Notes under the pieces: model-generated | What the model was told of the DNA's origin: nothing | The model's input: the letters and a program-made list of their open reading frames with translations, nothing else | Database searches by the model: none | DNA from: Camelus dromedarius | Lineage: Eukaryota | DNA length: 64,000 bases | NCBI RefSeq assembly: GCF_036321535.1 | Contig: NC_087436.1 | Coordinates: 73,162,001 to 73,226,000 of the forward strand | Direction of reading: 5' to 3' | In this document: positions 26,528 to 39,755 of the stretch, in pieces | Numbering within the stretch: the stretch's first letter is position 1 | How the letters are laid out: each line of letters opens with the position of its first letter | Position numbers and translations under genes: made by a program

Positions 26528-28164
26528 AGATTAGACTCATGAAGAATTTTCATTTTACCTTCTTAATCATATACCAGTAACAGCCCTTTCATTTTTCTGT
26601 AAGCTAGTTCAATTAAGGAGCCCAATTTTCTGTCCATGGGTTGGAGGTCAGAGGTGTATATATCTCAAGATGGTGAAATCTGATCGCCCCACATGCAGAA
26701 GTCCCTAAGGGAAGATGATCTTACGAAAGCCCTGAGGACAATCTGGAAATTGAAACTCAGGTTAAATGGCTCAGGATGAATTAAGTGTTCATTTTAACTG
26801 TCAAAATATTGAAAATGATAACTTTTCTCAAAACATAGACCAAAAAATATTCTTCACTAAATGTCTAAGTTTAGTGAATTTACTCAATGTCTCAGTTTGA
26901 AGTATAACAAGGAAAACATTAATTTATCTTTTGAAACCTAATGTTAGAGAGGACAACCCGGAAAATTCCTTCTAGGAAGTCACAGGGCCAGTCAGGGGGA
27001 CACAAAAATGACACAGTTATAAAAGCCCTTTAACATCCTTCTCCCAACTCTCATTTACATACTTGTTTTTCCAGCTTTCGCTGAATTACAAGCATGACCT
27101 CCCTATGGCCATTTTCTCCCTGAATTGGGGTCAAAGGCCAACTCTCCAAGGGCCAGATGAAAGACTGGCGATTCTTTTCTCTTTAACTGCTCAAAGCTAG
27201 TGGACGCTCTCCCCATCTCTTCGGTCTGCCAGATGAACTTAAGAGTATCCACATCATCCATTCCTCATTTCATTCTTTGTTTTCCCAGAAAAAAAAAAAG
27301 TGCCTTTCACCTGCCTCCTGCTCCTAGCTTCATCTTATCCTCAGAGACTCCGCTGTGCTCGGAAGGGGCTCCATGACTCTAACTGTTCCAGGATGTATCA
27401 AGTTCAGGCTCTGTGTGGACCTCTGGAGGGTCCCATCCGTTGGTACAGGGATTGATGGGAATGAAGCAGGCAGGGAGTAGCTATGGAAATCTGGGAGGCT
27501 GGCAAAGCATTCGGCACTGTTCCTGTCTCTGTCCCTACTACAGGCTTTGGAAAGTTATTACAGAATTACTAAACCCCCATGGAAAAGTTGGCAGCAGGGT
27601 GGGTGGGTGCCTTGGGTTCTGGTAATGTGAGAAAGAGTGTTCAGTGAGAACTGGAGGCATTTGTCAAACACAGAATAAATGTGGCTGAATAACATTTTGA
27701 GATAGCAATGCACCAGAGCCTTTTTCTCCCTGTATTTCCCCTTTTTGTCCCACACTCAAACAGTGGAGAGGTTGCTCTTTTTCTCAGAAGAGCTGAGTGG
27801 CAGGCTTGGAAGCAGGAAAGTACTGGAAGATGTTTTTGGCTTTTGTTTTGCAAAACCTGAATCTTTGGGTTACAGGAACTTGTGGGAATGGAAAGAGCAG
27901 TTCGAAGAAACATGAAAGGAGAAGGATTTCTCTCATATTTAAAAGAGATATTTCCAAACTGGGGAAAGGAAACAGGGAGGTTATGGATCCCAGAGCAGCA
28001 GGATTCAGCCTGGTATTCTAGTCCTATACTGGGGAGGCAGGAGGGCCAGAACTGGAACAGCTGCGTGGGGTGTCAAGGAAGACACAGCAAAGGCAGGCTC
28101 CTAAAGACTCCTGAGCCCCGCGCATGGTATTTTAGCACAGAGTTAATGTCTCTGATTTTACTCT

Positions 28165-28650
28165 ACTTGCAAGCTTACAAGTTAAATGGCCACAGTTTCA
28201 CTCATGCTGACAGAAAACACAAGTCACCCACGACAGAGGCTAAGGATGTTATTACTCCAGGCACAGCAGGCAGCATTCTCTTCATGTGCACATTGGTTTA
28301 CCTCATTTCTCAGTCTCCCAGGGACTACACGAAACAGCGCAAATGGACATCGCACTTGCAGTGGGTTTACATCACAGCTGAGGATGCTCAATTTTCAGAA
28401 ACCTCAATATGTTAAAGAGGCTACAAGAAAATCTGCCCAGCCTTTGTCCTAAAGAGTGCCGTTATCTATACTATACGAGGACGCCAACAAATCTTCCCTC
28501 TAGCCCAGAGCGAGACACTATCCCTATCTGCCAAGTCTACTTGCTATATGAACATCCTTGAAAAGATCATCTGGAATAAACTAGCTATGCCTCTGCTCAT
28601 AAGACAGTGGAATACAAGAAGCCATGATTGGTAGAGAATTGTGTACACAG
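28165..28650. mobile_element. Probable old ERV LTR
   Basis: Composition and motifs resemble antisense MER-class LTRs; termini not resolved. Confidence 0.4.
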
Positions 28651-29244
28651 AAACCAACACTGTGCACACAGAAACAATGGGTGGCTCAGCTGTGACCTAT
28701 GTGGTCTGATGATTAAGGACTAGTAAACAGCCTCCCACCCCCATCACCTTTGCACACCATAAGACATGAGAACTATAGCACAACCCTGGAAAGAGGAGCA
28801 GAGTGCATGGTAGTACTAAGGGCAGAGAGATTAAATAAAAGTATGAATACAGTGGGATATTCAGCTCTCTTCCTCCTTTAGCTACTACAATGTCAGACTC
28901 AGCACCAGACAGGATATTTGAGGATGACTACCTGGAAAAATAAAAGGGACACTCCTAAAAGAAAAGACCTTTAGGAATTGGCACTTCACAAATTTACACA
29001 TTCTCTCAAGAAATGGTTAGATCCCTGTCCAATAACTTTACAATGAGTGGGCAGGTCCCACGCCTCTCACTGATGTAAATTCTTATCAGTTTTACTTATC
29101 TTAAATATGAATGGACAGCCAGGGATCACCACACCTCTGAGGAAAGTCTTTAATATTAAAGAAAAAAGAGAAATAAATATACAGAAACAGTAATTCAGAG
29201 GAAATAGACAATGAAGAGAAACAGAATAAACTTTTTTTTAAGTT

Positions 29245-30520
29245 ATAGTTTAGAGTTCCACCTCCAAGAATATGGAACAGACATACTTTTTCATATCCCT
29301 TTTTCTAAGTACAGCTAAAAGCCCTGAGCATTATTACTACCCACTTGTCCATGCGTGTTCTTCATTTCTCCATTAAAGCCCTTGGTATATTAATCATAAG
29401 TGTTTTAAATGCCAGGTCTGATTGTTCTAAAATCTCTGCCATATCTGAGGCTGATTCTCCATCTGGTCATGTGTGTGTGAGTGTGTGTATGTGTGTGTGA
29501 GTGTGTGTGTGTGTTGTTTTGGGTTTTTTGTCTTCGAGTATGCTTTGTAATTTTTTCTGAAAGCTAGACATGATGTACTGAGTAAAAGGAAATGTAGTAA
29601 ATGGGCCTTTTGTGTTTTCTGTTTATCTGGCTAGGAATTAGGCTGTGTTTGGTATTTGCTAAAACCGTAGGTATCAGAGGCAAGAATTTTCTCTGGTGTT
29701 CTTGCTTTTGTAGCACCCTGCCTTGTCTTTGCGTTTTCCTAAAGACTTCTTCCCAAATAAGATCTGAGATGCGCAGTTCTTTCAGCTGAAATTTCCTGTT
29801 GTTGTTCGGGAGTCCTATTGAAATGGTGGTAAGGTATGGGGGTGGGAGGAACAGAAAGCATTCTGTAGTTCCACGGCTGGGTCTTAGCCCTTTAGTGAGC
29901 CGGTGAGTCTGTACCCCTGGGCTGCGATCTTCTCAGTTTTGATTTTTATCTCCTTTAGGTGAGACAACAAGATTACAAAGGATTGGATGGGCTATTTCCT
30001 TTCCTCCAGGTGGGTTAGGCTCTGGTAAAACCACAGTCTGTTAGGATCTTGTAAAATTTCCCCTGATGCACGCATTGTTCAGAGCAGAGTACTCCAGGGT
30101 ATTTCAGAATGGCTACTCCTATCTTGGCTGTGAGAATGTGGGAGAGCTCCTAGAGGTAAAACTCATAGAAGTGCGGGGCTCTCACTAAACCTAGACCCTT
30201 TGGGAGTTTTTAACTCTCAAAAACATCCACACTGAGCCTCCAGCAATTCATTAATTCTACTTTCAGTTGTTCTACCCTTGTGCTACTTCCTGCAGAGGCT
30301 TCTGCTCTGGTAAATTATGATCCTCTCCTTCACCTGTGTGTCTCTGCAATTTGGGGACAGCAGTTTGCCCTTTGACCACAATTCTCTGAGGGATATAAGA
30401 AGAGTTTTTGCTTTTCAGTTTGTTCAGCACTTTTTGGTTGTTGTTGTTATGAAGAGGGGAGTGACAACTTCCAAACCCTTCCATGCCAGATGCTGGACTG
30501 GAAGCCAGAAGTCCAACTTC
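29245..30520 (-). mobile_element. Old L1M 5'-region fragments (with TG-rich microsatellite 29470-29514)
   Basis: Antisense L1M 5'UTR-like text (ggaggtaaaactcatagaagtgcgggg...cagcaattcattaatt...agttttgcttttcagtttgttcagc). Confidence 0.6.
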
Positions 30521-32758
30521 ATAAACCTTTTATTGTTTCATACTCACATTCTTTTAGGGATGTTAACCCGCCCTTCCAGTGCCCTGACTTCAAGTCTAGA
30601 CCCAAATTAGACAGCGGTCCCAGAGCAGCGAATCTAGTCTTCTCTCTTCAGTGCAGTCACTTCCTCCCTTAACAGCCTCAGGACAACAAAGGAGACAGGG
30701 AACAGATTGGGAAGTGTGACCCATGGAAGACAACACCAATATTGGTGATAAAAACCCTTCATAAAATACTGTAACCACACTCTCTTTCCCTAGACTCCCT
30801 AGAAGAAAAAAGATCCAATTAACCTGAGAGAAAACATTTCTACAAACTGCTATTAGAATGAAGGAGGCTATTTCAAACATTTTTAGTTAAGAGCAAGAGT
30901 CAAATTGGACTCCTGTGATTTTCAAAATTCTAATCCTTTTTAAGCCCTTAATTGCTTTGTACTTGGGCTGAATTAGGAGGTTCAAATTTTTGTCCGTGAG
31001 TCTGAAGTTTGAAAGCAAACCTCGTGATTCATTCTGAGTAGAAGGAGACACTTTCAGTACCCTTAAGGAATTTATAGGGATTATCTCAGAATAAGGGTAA
31101 TTTTGAATGTCTAGGGATATTATATTAAACATAGCTATATGAAAGAGGGTGGAGAATATCAAACAAAAAGGAACTATTAAATCAAACTAGACATCACTTC
31201 TGCAAGTGTCATTCAGGAGAAAAGAAGCTATTTCTAATTTTAAATTGAATGACTAAGGTTGTGAATAATTTTCTTTTATTTATATTTTTAAACTGCCTTC
31301 TTTGGTAAGTATGCATGTATCAGAAGGGAAAACTAGGTGGTTGCAGGGACAAGAATGGGAGGGAAACCTGCCTTCCATTGGAAACACTTTTGTACTTTTG
31401 GAATTGGTACCATGTGCAAATATTAATTACCCTAATCATTTATTAGTTGCTTATTAAAGAAATAAATTTTATGCAGAATGTGGAGGCATTATCATCATTG
31501 TTATTTTGCTAACAAACTATTTTTAGAAGCCCAAATCCCACAAGCCAGAGAGAAAGTTTGAAAACAAAACAAGGGGAAAATATTTTGGATTAGTTTGGTG
31601 AATAGAGATTTCCCCCCAACCTTTGCAAGACCACCAAAAATGTCTCTTCTTTTATTTTAGGCTGTGCAGGGCTCAATACTGTGCCCTGATGAGCTAGAAA
31701 ATCAAAAGCAATAGCACATGCTAAAATCACTAGGTTTTTTTCCAGATTAAAACATTCTAAATAGTCCATTTTAGCCTACCAATAAAGGAAACAAAAATAG
31801 AGGTCATTGGATTGCCATCCTTGCCACTGAAATTACACAGTATCTCAATTCTAAAGGGCACTAGAGCAAAAAGAAAAGATGTCTGACATCATGAAAACAA
31901 AAGGTAACTATATGGCCAATCAACCTTTATCCTCTCAAGGAAATTGCACTCTGACAGGGGATGTGGAGGGTATGGGTGATGTGCTAATTCCACCATTCCC
32001 AAGTGCAACAGTCAGCACCGAATAGTCCTTTCCATGATTGCACCCAGCAGATGTTTCACTCGGTCTTATTCCCAAGCATCTGGTTTTCAAGAGGGCTCTG
32101 TTGCTGCCTCCTTTGCCCTGGAGTGGGATCAATGACGACTTCTTAACGAGAAAGAGGAAGACAAATGAGGAAGTAAAGGATGCAAAACCCACAAGCTGAT
32201 GATCTCAATGTAAAGTAAAGAAGAAAAAGGGTAATAACTTTTCAAAACCAAATCTCGGGTTTAGTGCAACACCCTCAGCTTATTTGAGGAATTCCCCTCA
32301 GGTTAGGGGAGTAGATATGACAAAAGCGCAGCACCTCCTCCCCAGCAGCTCTGAAACAAATGTGGGAAAGGAAGATGCATGGTCTCTCTTCTCCCAAAGC
32401 AGGCCCACGTGGAGTTCCAGGAAAACCCCCACGTCCCTCCTGCTCACAGGCTACCCACCCTCAGTGACCAGGCAGGAGGGTCTCTTCTTTCTGTCTTCGT
32501 TTTGTTTTTTCAGTTGGTCTTCTTACACGTTCTTAAGTCCCCTGGGATGATGTTCATTTCACACATGCACACACACGCCCCCATATCGCAAACCTTAATT
32601 CTGATGACTCTGAAGACTAAATCCCTCTTCCTCTTCTCTTTCCCCTGACTCACGTCCTAGCTTCCTCTAAGGTTCTTCCCATGGGGTAACTACCCTTCCC
32701 ATCCAAACAGGGTATTTCTAGATTCTGTCCTGTAGGTGAACGGTTAAGAGCAGAGTTC

Positions 32759-32827
32759 TTTTTTTTAATTGAAGTAGAGTTGGTTTACAATGTTGTGTTA
32801 ATTTCTAGTATACACCATAGTTTTATA

Positions 32828-32860
<33 letters not shown>

Positions 32861-33010
32861 TCCTTTTCATATTCTTTTTCATCATAGGCTATTACAAAGT
32901 ATTGAATATAGTCCCCTGTGCTATACAGTAGGACCCTGTTGTTTATCTATTTTGTATATACTAGTTACTGTCTGCTAATCCTGAACTCCCAATTTATCCC
33001 TCCACCCCTT
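32759..33010 (-). mobile_element. L1 3' end fragment
   Basis: ttttttaattgaagtagagttggtttacaatg...ccctgtgctatacagtaggacc...ctcccaatttatccctcc. Confidence 0.92.
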
Positions 33011-34844
33011 AAACTCTAAGGTGCCAAAAAGAGGAAAGAAATGGCTGCAGCTGGTTAGAGTTAGTTCAAGAGAGGATGTGATTCTTCTCTTATAATTCAC
33101 AGGGTTGATGACATGCATGAACATTTAGAACCCAGAGCCTATGCCATGTGGATTCTAAAAAGAGCCCAATGATTGGAGGTGGAGTGATTATTCACAGAAA
33201 ATGGTGATGAATGGGAGTTTACTAGAATTTCCCCTGGAGGACACCTCCTGAGAGACAAGTAACTGGAAATATTCTAACCAGCCTCAAGCCTTTGCTACTT
33301 TCAATTTATTGTGTGTGACTAAAGATTCATGAGGAGAAAAGGGCTAGTGAGAACCACTCAAGATTTAAGATTGGTGAGAGAAGAGAGGTTAGAGATACAT
33401 GAGGGGCAAGAGAAGAAAGAATTAGGGGTTAAGAATCTCTTTTCTCCTGCTGACAACAGTGATTGTCAAACTCCCGCAGAACCTGTGAGCTTCCCTTCTT
33501 GGCCTCCCCCCACCCACCGTGTCCCTCTTTCTCAGCCTTAGGTGGGAGTGGGGCTTGGGCAGGTGGCAGGGAGCCGTAGGGCAGGGTTTTCACTGGAGTC
33601 CCAGGCTGTCCAGGTGACCCCCTTGAGCCCCTGTCTTATACCCTGTCCATCCCCACTTCACCCTCAAAGGAAAGAAACATGGGTGTTTCTCTAGGAACAA
33701 AGGAGTTAAAGCCATGTCCCCTTTCCCTCCTCAATTCCTAGCTTAGAATAAGTGATTCTACCCCCTGTACTGATTTCTTTCCTGGTCAGTAGAGAATCTC
33801 TTCAATAAAATGGAAATGATTATAATTAGACCTATTCACTATTTCATCTCATGTCAGCTTCAAAATAATTCTGAGCTGTAGGAAATGAGGTTTCATCCTC
33901 TTTCTACAAATGAAGAAAATGAAACCAGCTTCACCGTTCAGAGGTTAATTTTATTCACAATGCCCCATTTTTGCAAGGGAAAAACAGTAAAGAACTTATC
34001 CTAGTTAACATTAGATTCTACTCAAACCTGGCTAGGAGCAACAAGTTTTTGAAGAAGTAAAGTAGATTCCATGTAAAATGGTTAAAAAGGAGTTGCCAGC
34101 TTGAGCACCTGTGGGAGAGGAGAAATGGGGATACATATTTCCAAAAAGATGAGTACCACTGACAGAAACCTCCTGGCCTTCAGGAAAACTTAGGATGTAG
34201 GGAGTGTCTCTCTTCCTCAAGCACAGGGACACCCTCCACAGCTATTACTACTTTACTGCCGAGATGCTGAGACCTGTAGAGAAGCAGGAGGTCTCAGAGC
34301 AGGATGTTGAAAAAGCAAATTAGGGCTTTTCAAATGATTGGACTGAGCAGCTTACACGGCAGACTAGATCTCCTGTGGCTAAGTCCAGAGACACAGCCAG
34401 CTACCAGAGCCACCAATTTAAACACCCCTGAGAACATTCCAAAATGGAAAAATCTCTACCTGCCAGATGGTCTCTCGGGGAGGGCACTGGACATGAGAGA
34501 ACAAATACACTCCAGTCTGGAGTGGGTGCAGTGAGACCTCAAAGGTGGGCTTGGGTGACTGGCTTGTGTTAGGAGAGTGGGTGTAACTGCAGGGCTGTTT
34601 TTTAATTGTTTTGGATACATTCAGAGCCAGAGCCTGGGTTAAGAAAAGAAAGTTTCAGTTCCGCTCATGTTTCTTGTCCTTCCCACTCAGCCTCCTCCTT
34701 TCTACACAAACATAGAATAAATACATGTTTTAAATATCCACTTGAAGGAGAACCAAGTTCATCATCAGCCCGGGATTCTCATGTGTCTTGGTGCCATCCT
34801 GATTAAAGACATTAGCGCTTTGAGAGAGAGTCAGGCCAATGTTT

Positions 34845-35752
34845 GATATTCAGTGAGTGTTTATAGAGCACCTATTGTATGCCAGGCACTACTCCTGGTA
34901 CAGGGAATACATCAGTGAACAAACAGGCAAAAATCCTTGTCCTTGGGAATTACACTGCGGTATAGTAGAAGGAGACCCAGAATAAATTAAAAATATGTGA
35001 AAGTAAATCAGAGAGTATGTTAAGAAGAAGAAAAGCACTACAACAACAGTAAAAGTAGAACAGAGTGAGGAGGATGGGGTGTCTGGCAGGTGGAGGTATG
35101 TAGGCAAGACTGCACTTTCCATGGGACAATCAGGGTAGCTCTCCTTGAGAAGGTGACATCTGAACAAAGGCGAGAGAGAGGTGAAGAATGAGGCTGATCA
35201 TAGATGCGAAAAAAGGAAACAGCTCAGGGTGGGCCCAATGGTGGGAAAGAGCCCAGCACCTTGGAGGAATAACGAGGAGGAAGGGGGAAAGAAGAGGAAG
35301 GGGTGAAGTCAGAGAGGCAAGGCACAGGGGGGATGGAGGGGCCAAGACACATAAGGTCTTGTAGACCAACAAAAGATTTCAACTTTACTCTGAATAAAAT
35401 AGGGAGGCCTTAGAGGATTGTAAGCACATGAATGTTATGGATCGGGTTGATGTACGTTTTAAAAATATAACTCTACCAGTCATGTTGAAAATAGGCTATA
35501 GAGGAGGAGGGAAGAAGCAAGGAAACCAGTTAGGAGTCCTCTGTAACATTCTGGAGAGAGATGTTTGTGGCTGGGAAGCAGGGTGTGGGCAACTGGTGTA
35601 GTGAGAACTGATCAAGTTATGGGTTTAATCCTAAATGTAAGATCACAAGATTTCTTGACAGACTGGATGTGAGGAAAGGAAGAAAGGAATAAAGGAAAGA
35701 AAGGAAGGAAAGAAAGGAAGGAAGGAAGGAAGGAAGGAAGAGAGATAGAGAA

Positions 35753-35836
<84 letters not shown>

Positions 35837-36320
35837 GAAGGAAGGGAGGGAGGAAGGGAGGGAGGGAGGAAGGAAGGGAGGGAGGAAGGAAGGAAGGAAA
35901 ACGAGAGAGAAAGAAAAAGAGAGAAAGAAAGAAAGAAAGGGAGAGAGAGAAAAGAAGGAAGGAAGGAAGGAAAAGGGGAGGGGAGGGGAGGGTAGGAAAG
36001 GAAAGAAAGGAAAGGAAAGGAAGGAAAGGAAAGGAAAGGAGGAAGAGAGGGAAGAAGAAAGGAAGGGAATAAAGGAAAGAAAGAAAGAGGGAAAGAAGTA
36101 GGAAAGGAGGGAAGGGAAAGGGAGGCGGGAAGGGAAGAATTCAAGGCTGACACTAAGGTTTGTGGTCTGAGCCACTGGAAGGATGGAAATGCTATCATCT
36201 GATATGGGGAAGACATCAGGTAGGCAAGTTTAAGGAGAAGATGAGTAGATCCAGTTGGGACATATTGATTGGAGATGTCAAGACGGTCAGTCAAGAAGAG
36301 GTAGTGAGAAAGCAGCTCAA
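34845..36320 (+). mobile_element. L2 LINE fragment interrupted by a polypurine SSR
   Basis: gagcacctattgtatgccaggcac...gaaggtgacatctgaacaaag...gactggatgtgagg [SSR] aattcaaggctgacactaaggtttgtggtctgagc; in this reading the L2 itself is probably antisense. Confidence 0.75.
35672..36139. repeat. ~470-bp polypurine mosaic SSR: (GGAA)n/(GAAA)20/(GGGA)n/(GGAAA)n
   Basis: Read directly; perfect GAAA run 35755-35834. Confidence 0.97.
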
Positions 36321-36324
36321 AGTC

Positions 36325-36600
36325 AAATGTAACATGTTCAGACCTACACTCTTGCATCCATCATTTCTCACCCCTAATCTGAAGCATCTCTTTGCAGTCT
36401 TCTATTTCTCCAGATATGGAAATTCTATTCAATCAGTTGCTCAAGCCAAAAACCTTCAGGTCATCCTGGACTCCCACTTTCCAACACATCCCACACCTAA
36501 TCATCAACAAACATTATCAGTTCTACTTGAAATGTACTCAGAATCTGACCATTTCTCCTTCTGTTAAATGCCACTATTTCTATCCAAATTGCTATTTTAT
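36325..36600. mobile_element. L2 fragment in the opposite orientation to 34845-36320
   Basis: cagttgctcaagccaaaaaccttcaggtcatcctggactcc...ttctacttgaaatgtactcagaatctgacc. Confidence 0.7.
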
Positions 36601-36749
36601 CTATTAAAATTAATGACTAAAATCCACTTCAGATGAACTCCTGGGCTAGACAATAAATATTAAACTTGATCTGAAGAATTATTGTCTCTGCTATTTAAAT
36701 ATTTAGTAGTGAAATGTTTAGTATTTGATATTGTAATATAAGAATTATA

Positions 36750-38500
36750 ATTTATTGCCTCTTACAGTCACTGTAGGGCACATTTGCAATTCTAAAGGGA
36801 TCTCACTTTTAGCTGAGGGTGGTAGCTAAGGGCAAGCTCTTCCATCTTAGGACTCTGCTGATAGTGGTGTTACCACCAAGGCTTTCCTTCTTTTCTAATA
36901 GTAGCTCTCATAAGATTTACCTCCCCAACTCCTGAATTTGAAGATTTGGTTAAGGGTGGTGGTATATGTCATTGAACCAGTCCTACAAAATCTAGGCATT
37001 GCCTGGAAAGATGTTTTTTGACCAATTTCAGAAGCTTTTTGTAAGATTGTTGCCCTTGCGACATCTGATTTTTTTGCATGTGTTTACTGTTTCACACAAT
37101 CACTTTTTAAAATCTGTCCTTAAACTTTGGATCTAGACATATGGCAACAGAATAATATAAGTTTCTTTGAGATAACTAAATTAGCACTGACTTTCCATCT
37201 CTATCTCGGTTTTTATTTCATGAGCACCAATATCAGCGCCTTCTCTGTAGCCAAATGCTAGAAGAATCATGTAAGGTATCATGTAAGAAATATTTTCACA
37301 ATCAATATACTTCATATTGGCCATTTCTTCAGTCAGGTCTAAAGACAAACTACACTCTCTTCAAGCAACCCTTCGACTGGTAGTGAATCCTGTCATGTTG
37401 ATATTTTTGTCTGCCAAATATAGTATTAAACTTTTCTTTGAAGGGGCCTTTTTGAATGTGTAATAGTTCCTATTCCATCCTGTTTGGACATTTTGTATAA
37501 ATTCTTGACAAGGTAGTTCAAAAACTTCTTGTATGTCATGAAACTTGTCTTTAGCTGAAAAATATTGATGGTGGCCACCATTTCCTGCTGACAGTTCAGA
37601 AATCCTATTGTATTTTTCTGTGCTGTAATTACTTTCTGAACACACAACCAAAAAGTGTGATTTGAAATACTGATTATGACTTCCAGATCACACAAAGCCT
37701 TCACCATGTCTGTTTCACTGTCAGAGTGGGTCACATGACAACTTCTTTCCTCATTTTCTATTCAATAAATATTTCTTCAATAAGATTCACTATGTTGTTG
37801 GCTGTTGTGAGACTTCACATCTTTCAGCAAACTAGTAAACAGAAACAGAATTGAATTTATCATTAATCCGCCAGGCTGTCAAACTTTAAAAAAGACATCT
37901 GGTTGTCTCCATATGCTCAAATGTCTGATGTATGATTTTCAAAAGTACTACACTTAATGATGTTACTGCCTTTGTGTTAAAAAGCAGATATGATTCAGGA
38001 AAAGAGTTTTTCAGTAGTGTGTTTTGTAGAAAGAACTTTTATCTAAGATTTGTGTGCATACCTTAAAAATCCTTCAACTGCTGAAAATTGTAAGCAGGCT
38101 GTAACAGTCATTTTGACAATTCGTTTATTTAAATGCTTAGTCTTCACAGGCTTATAACTATAAGGAATCATCTTCTGAAAGGATTCTAACAGAATCTGTG
38201 TTTCTAGATTTATTATGCCAACAAAATATATTTTGGGTACTTCCTTTTTCTCTAACACTTTATTGTCTTTATGTAAATGAAACATTTTCATGATTTGTAT
38301 TAGTTCTCAGTCTTTTTCCCTATTAAATCATTTGAAAATATTTGTTTGTTTTTTACATAAAATTAACAACTTTGACCTCTCACTAGTTATTTTATTCATA
38401 ATAACGAATGTACATTTATACTTCAAATTTCAGCATATAAAACACATGGTGAAATTTTCCCTCCAAAAACCTACTTGCTGATATTTGATAGTGATTTTAT
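36750..38500 (-). pseudogene. Fossil hAT (Ac/ZBED-like) transposase, multiply disrupted
   Basis: Colinear motifs on the minus strand: MCFIC (BED-like CxxC), LNKRIVKMTVTACLQFSAVEGF, HTSDI*, SLTAWRINDKF, SH/TANNIVNLIEE, SDSETDMVKA, SNHTF, LPCQEFIQNVQTGWNRNYY, VTPLSAES*. Confidence 0.85.
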
Positions 38501-38715
38501 ATATTAACGATAAATCTGAAATTCATACTTCCTTGAATTACTTAGTTTTCCTGACTACACGTTGTGGTACCATATATGATCATGAGATTACTGATCACAC
38601 AAAGTTCAGAGATGCCAGGAATGACAGTGAAGCAGTTCCAGCTATCTGGCTTGAAAGTGAGTCCAAGATAAAGAGTAGATCTTGGCCACACACCAAAGGA
38701 TGATCTCTGGGACGG

Positions 38716-38754
<39 letters not shown>
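38716..38754. repeat. (AC)n microsatellite
   Basis: Read directly. Confidence 0.93.
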
Positions 38755-38930
38755 TATGTATTCTCACCCTTAACTAGGACGTAAGCTTCTTGGATGCAGG
38801 GAGTTATTTTATTCATTGCTTTTTATTTGTTGTCTTGCTCAAAGCCAAGCACATAAAACACACTCAATAAAAATTTGATAAATGAATGAATGAATACTCT
38901 GCAGCTGTTATAAAAAACAGAAACTATCTG

Positions 38931-39755
38931 CAATTGTCCCCCCTTATCCACAGGGGATACATTCTAAGACACCCCCCATCAAAGCCTGAAACTGTGGATA
39001 GTACCAAACCCTATATAAACTATGTATTTTCCTCTACATACATACTTATGATAAAGTTTAATTTCTAAATTAGATATAGTAAGAGATTAACAATAATTAA
39101 ATAGAACAATTATAACAATATACTATAATAAAAGTTATGTGAAGGTGATCTCTCTCAAAATATCTTATTGTACAAATTTAATGCCTTTTCCATCTTAACT
39201 AAGCACTTAACACCGCACTGTGGCTGTAACCTTTGCAGTTTGAGGTACGACAGCAAAACTAGCATGAATTTCTCTTTCTGCGCAATTTCAGAGATAGATT
39301 TGTCCTTATGGTAGATCTTAGGAAACCCAGCATACGATTTTTTTTCTTTTCTTTTTAAGTCAAGAACTGTCACCTTTTCACTAACAGGAAGCACTTCAGG
39401 GCTACTCTTTGACATATCTGAATTGCCAGCATGACGACCTTTGTGCTTTGGGGCCTTTATTAAGTAAAGTAAGGGTGACATGAACACAACCTGATACCGT
39501 GACAGTCAACCTGATAACCTAAACAGCTGCTAAGTGACTAAGGGGTGGGAAATGCTGGACAAAGGGATGATTCATGACCCAGGTGGGACAAAACGGGACA
39601 GTGAGAGATTTCATCACACGACTCTGAACAGCACACAAATTAAAACTTATGGTTTGTTTATTTCAGTAATTTTCCATTTAATATTTCTGTACTACAGTTG
39701 GCTAAGGGTAACTGAAATTGTGGAGTGTGAAACCACGGAAAAGGGGGGACATCTG
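38931..39755. mobile_element. TcMar-Tigger non-autonomous element (MER44/Tigger7-like)
   Basis: Terminal inverted repeats CAATTGTCCCCCCTTATCCAC ... CACGGAAAAGGGGGGACATCTG followed by TA; interior matches recalled MER44 (gatagtaccaaaccctatata...atgataaagtttaattt). Confidence 0.85.

Noticed and set aside
27882..28415. 177-aa ORF
   Set aside because: Non-ATG start, no domain recognised, and it runs into LTR-like sequence.
35612..36357. Longest ORFs (187 and 246 aa; F/L/S/P-rich)
   Set aside because: Artefacts of translating the polypyrimidine SSR strand.
39155..39487. 110-aa ORF with HTH-like text (KVTVLDLKRKEKKSYA)
   Set aside because: Decayed Tigger transposase N-terminal remnant within the MER44/Tigger7-like element, not a gene.
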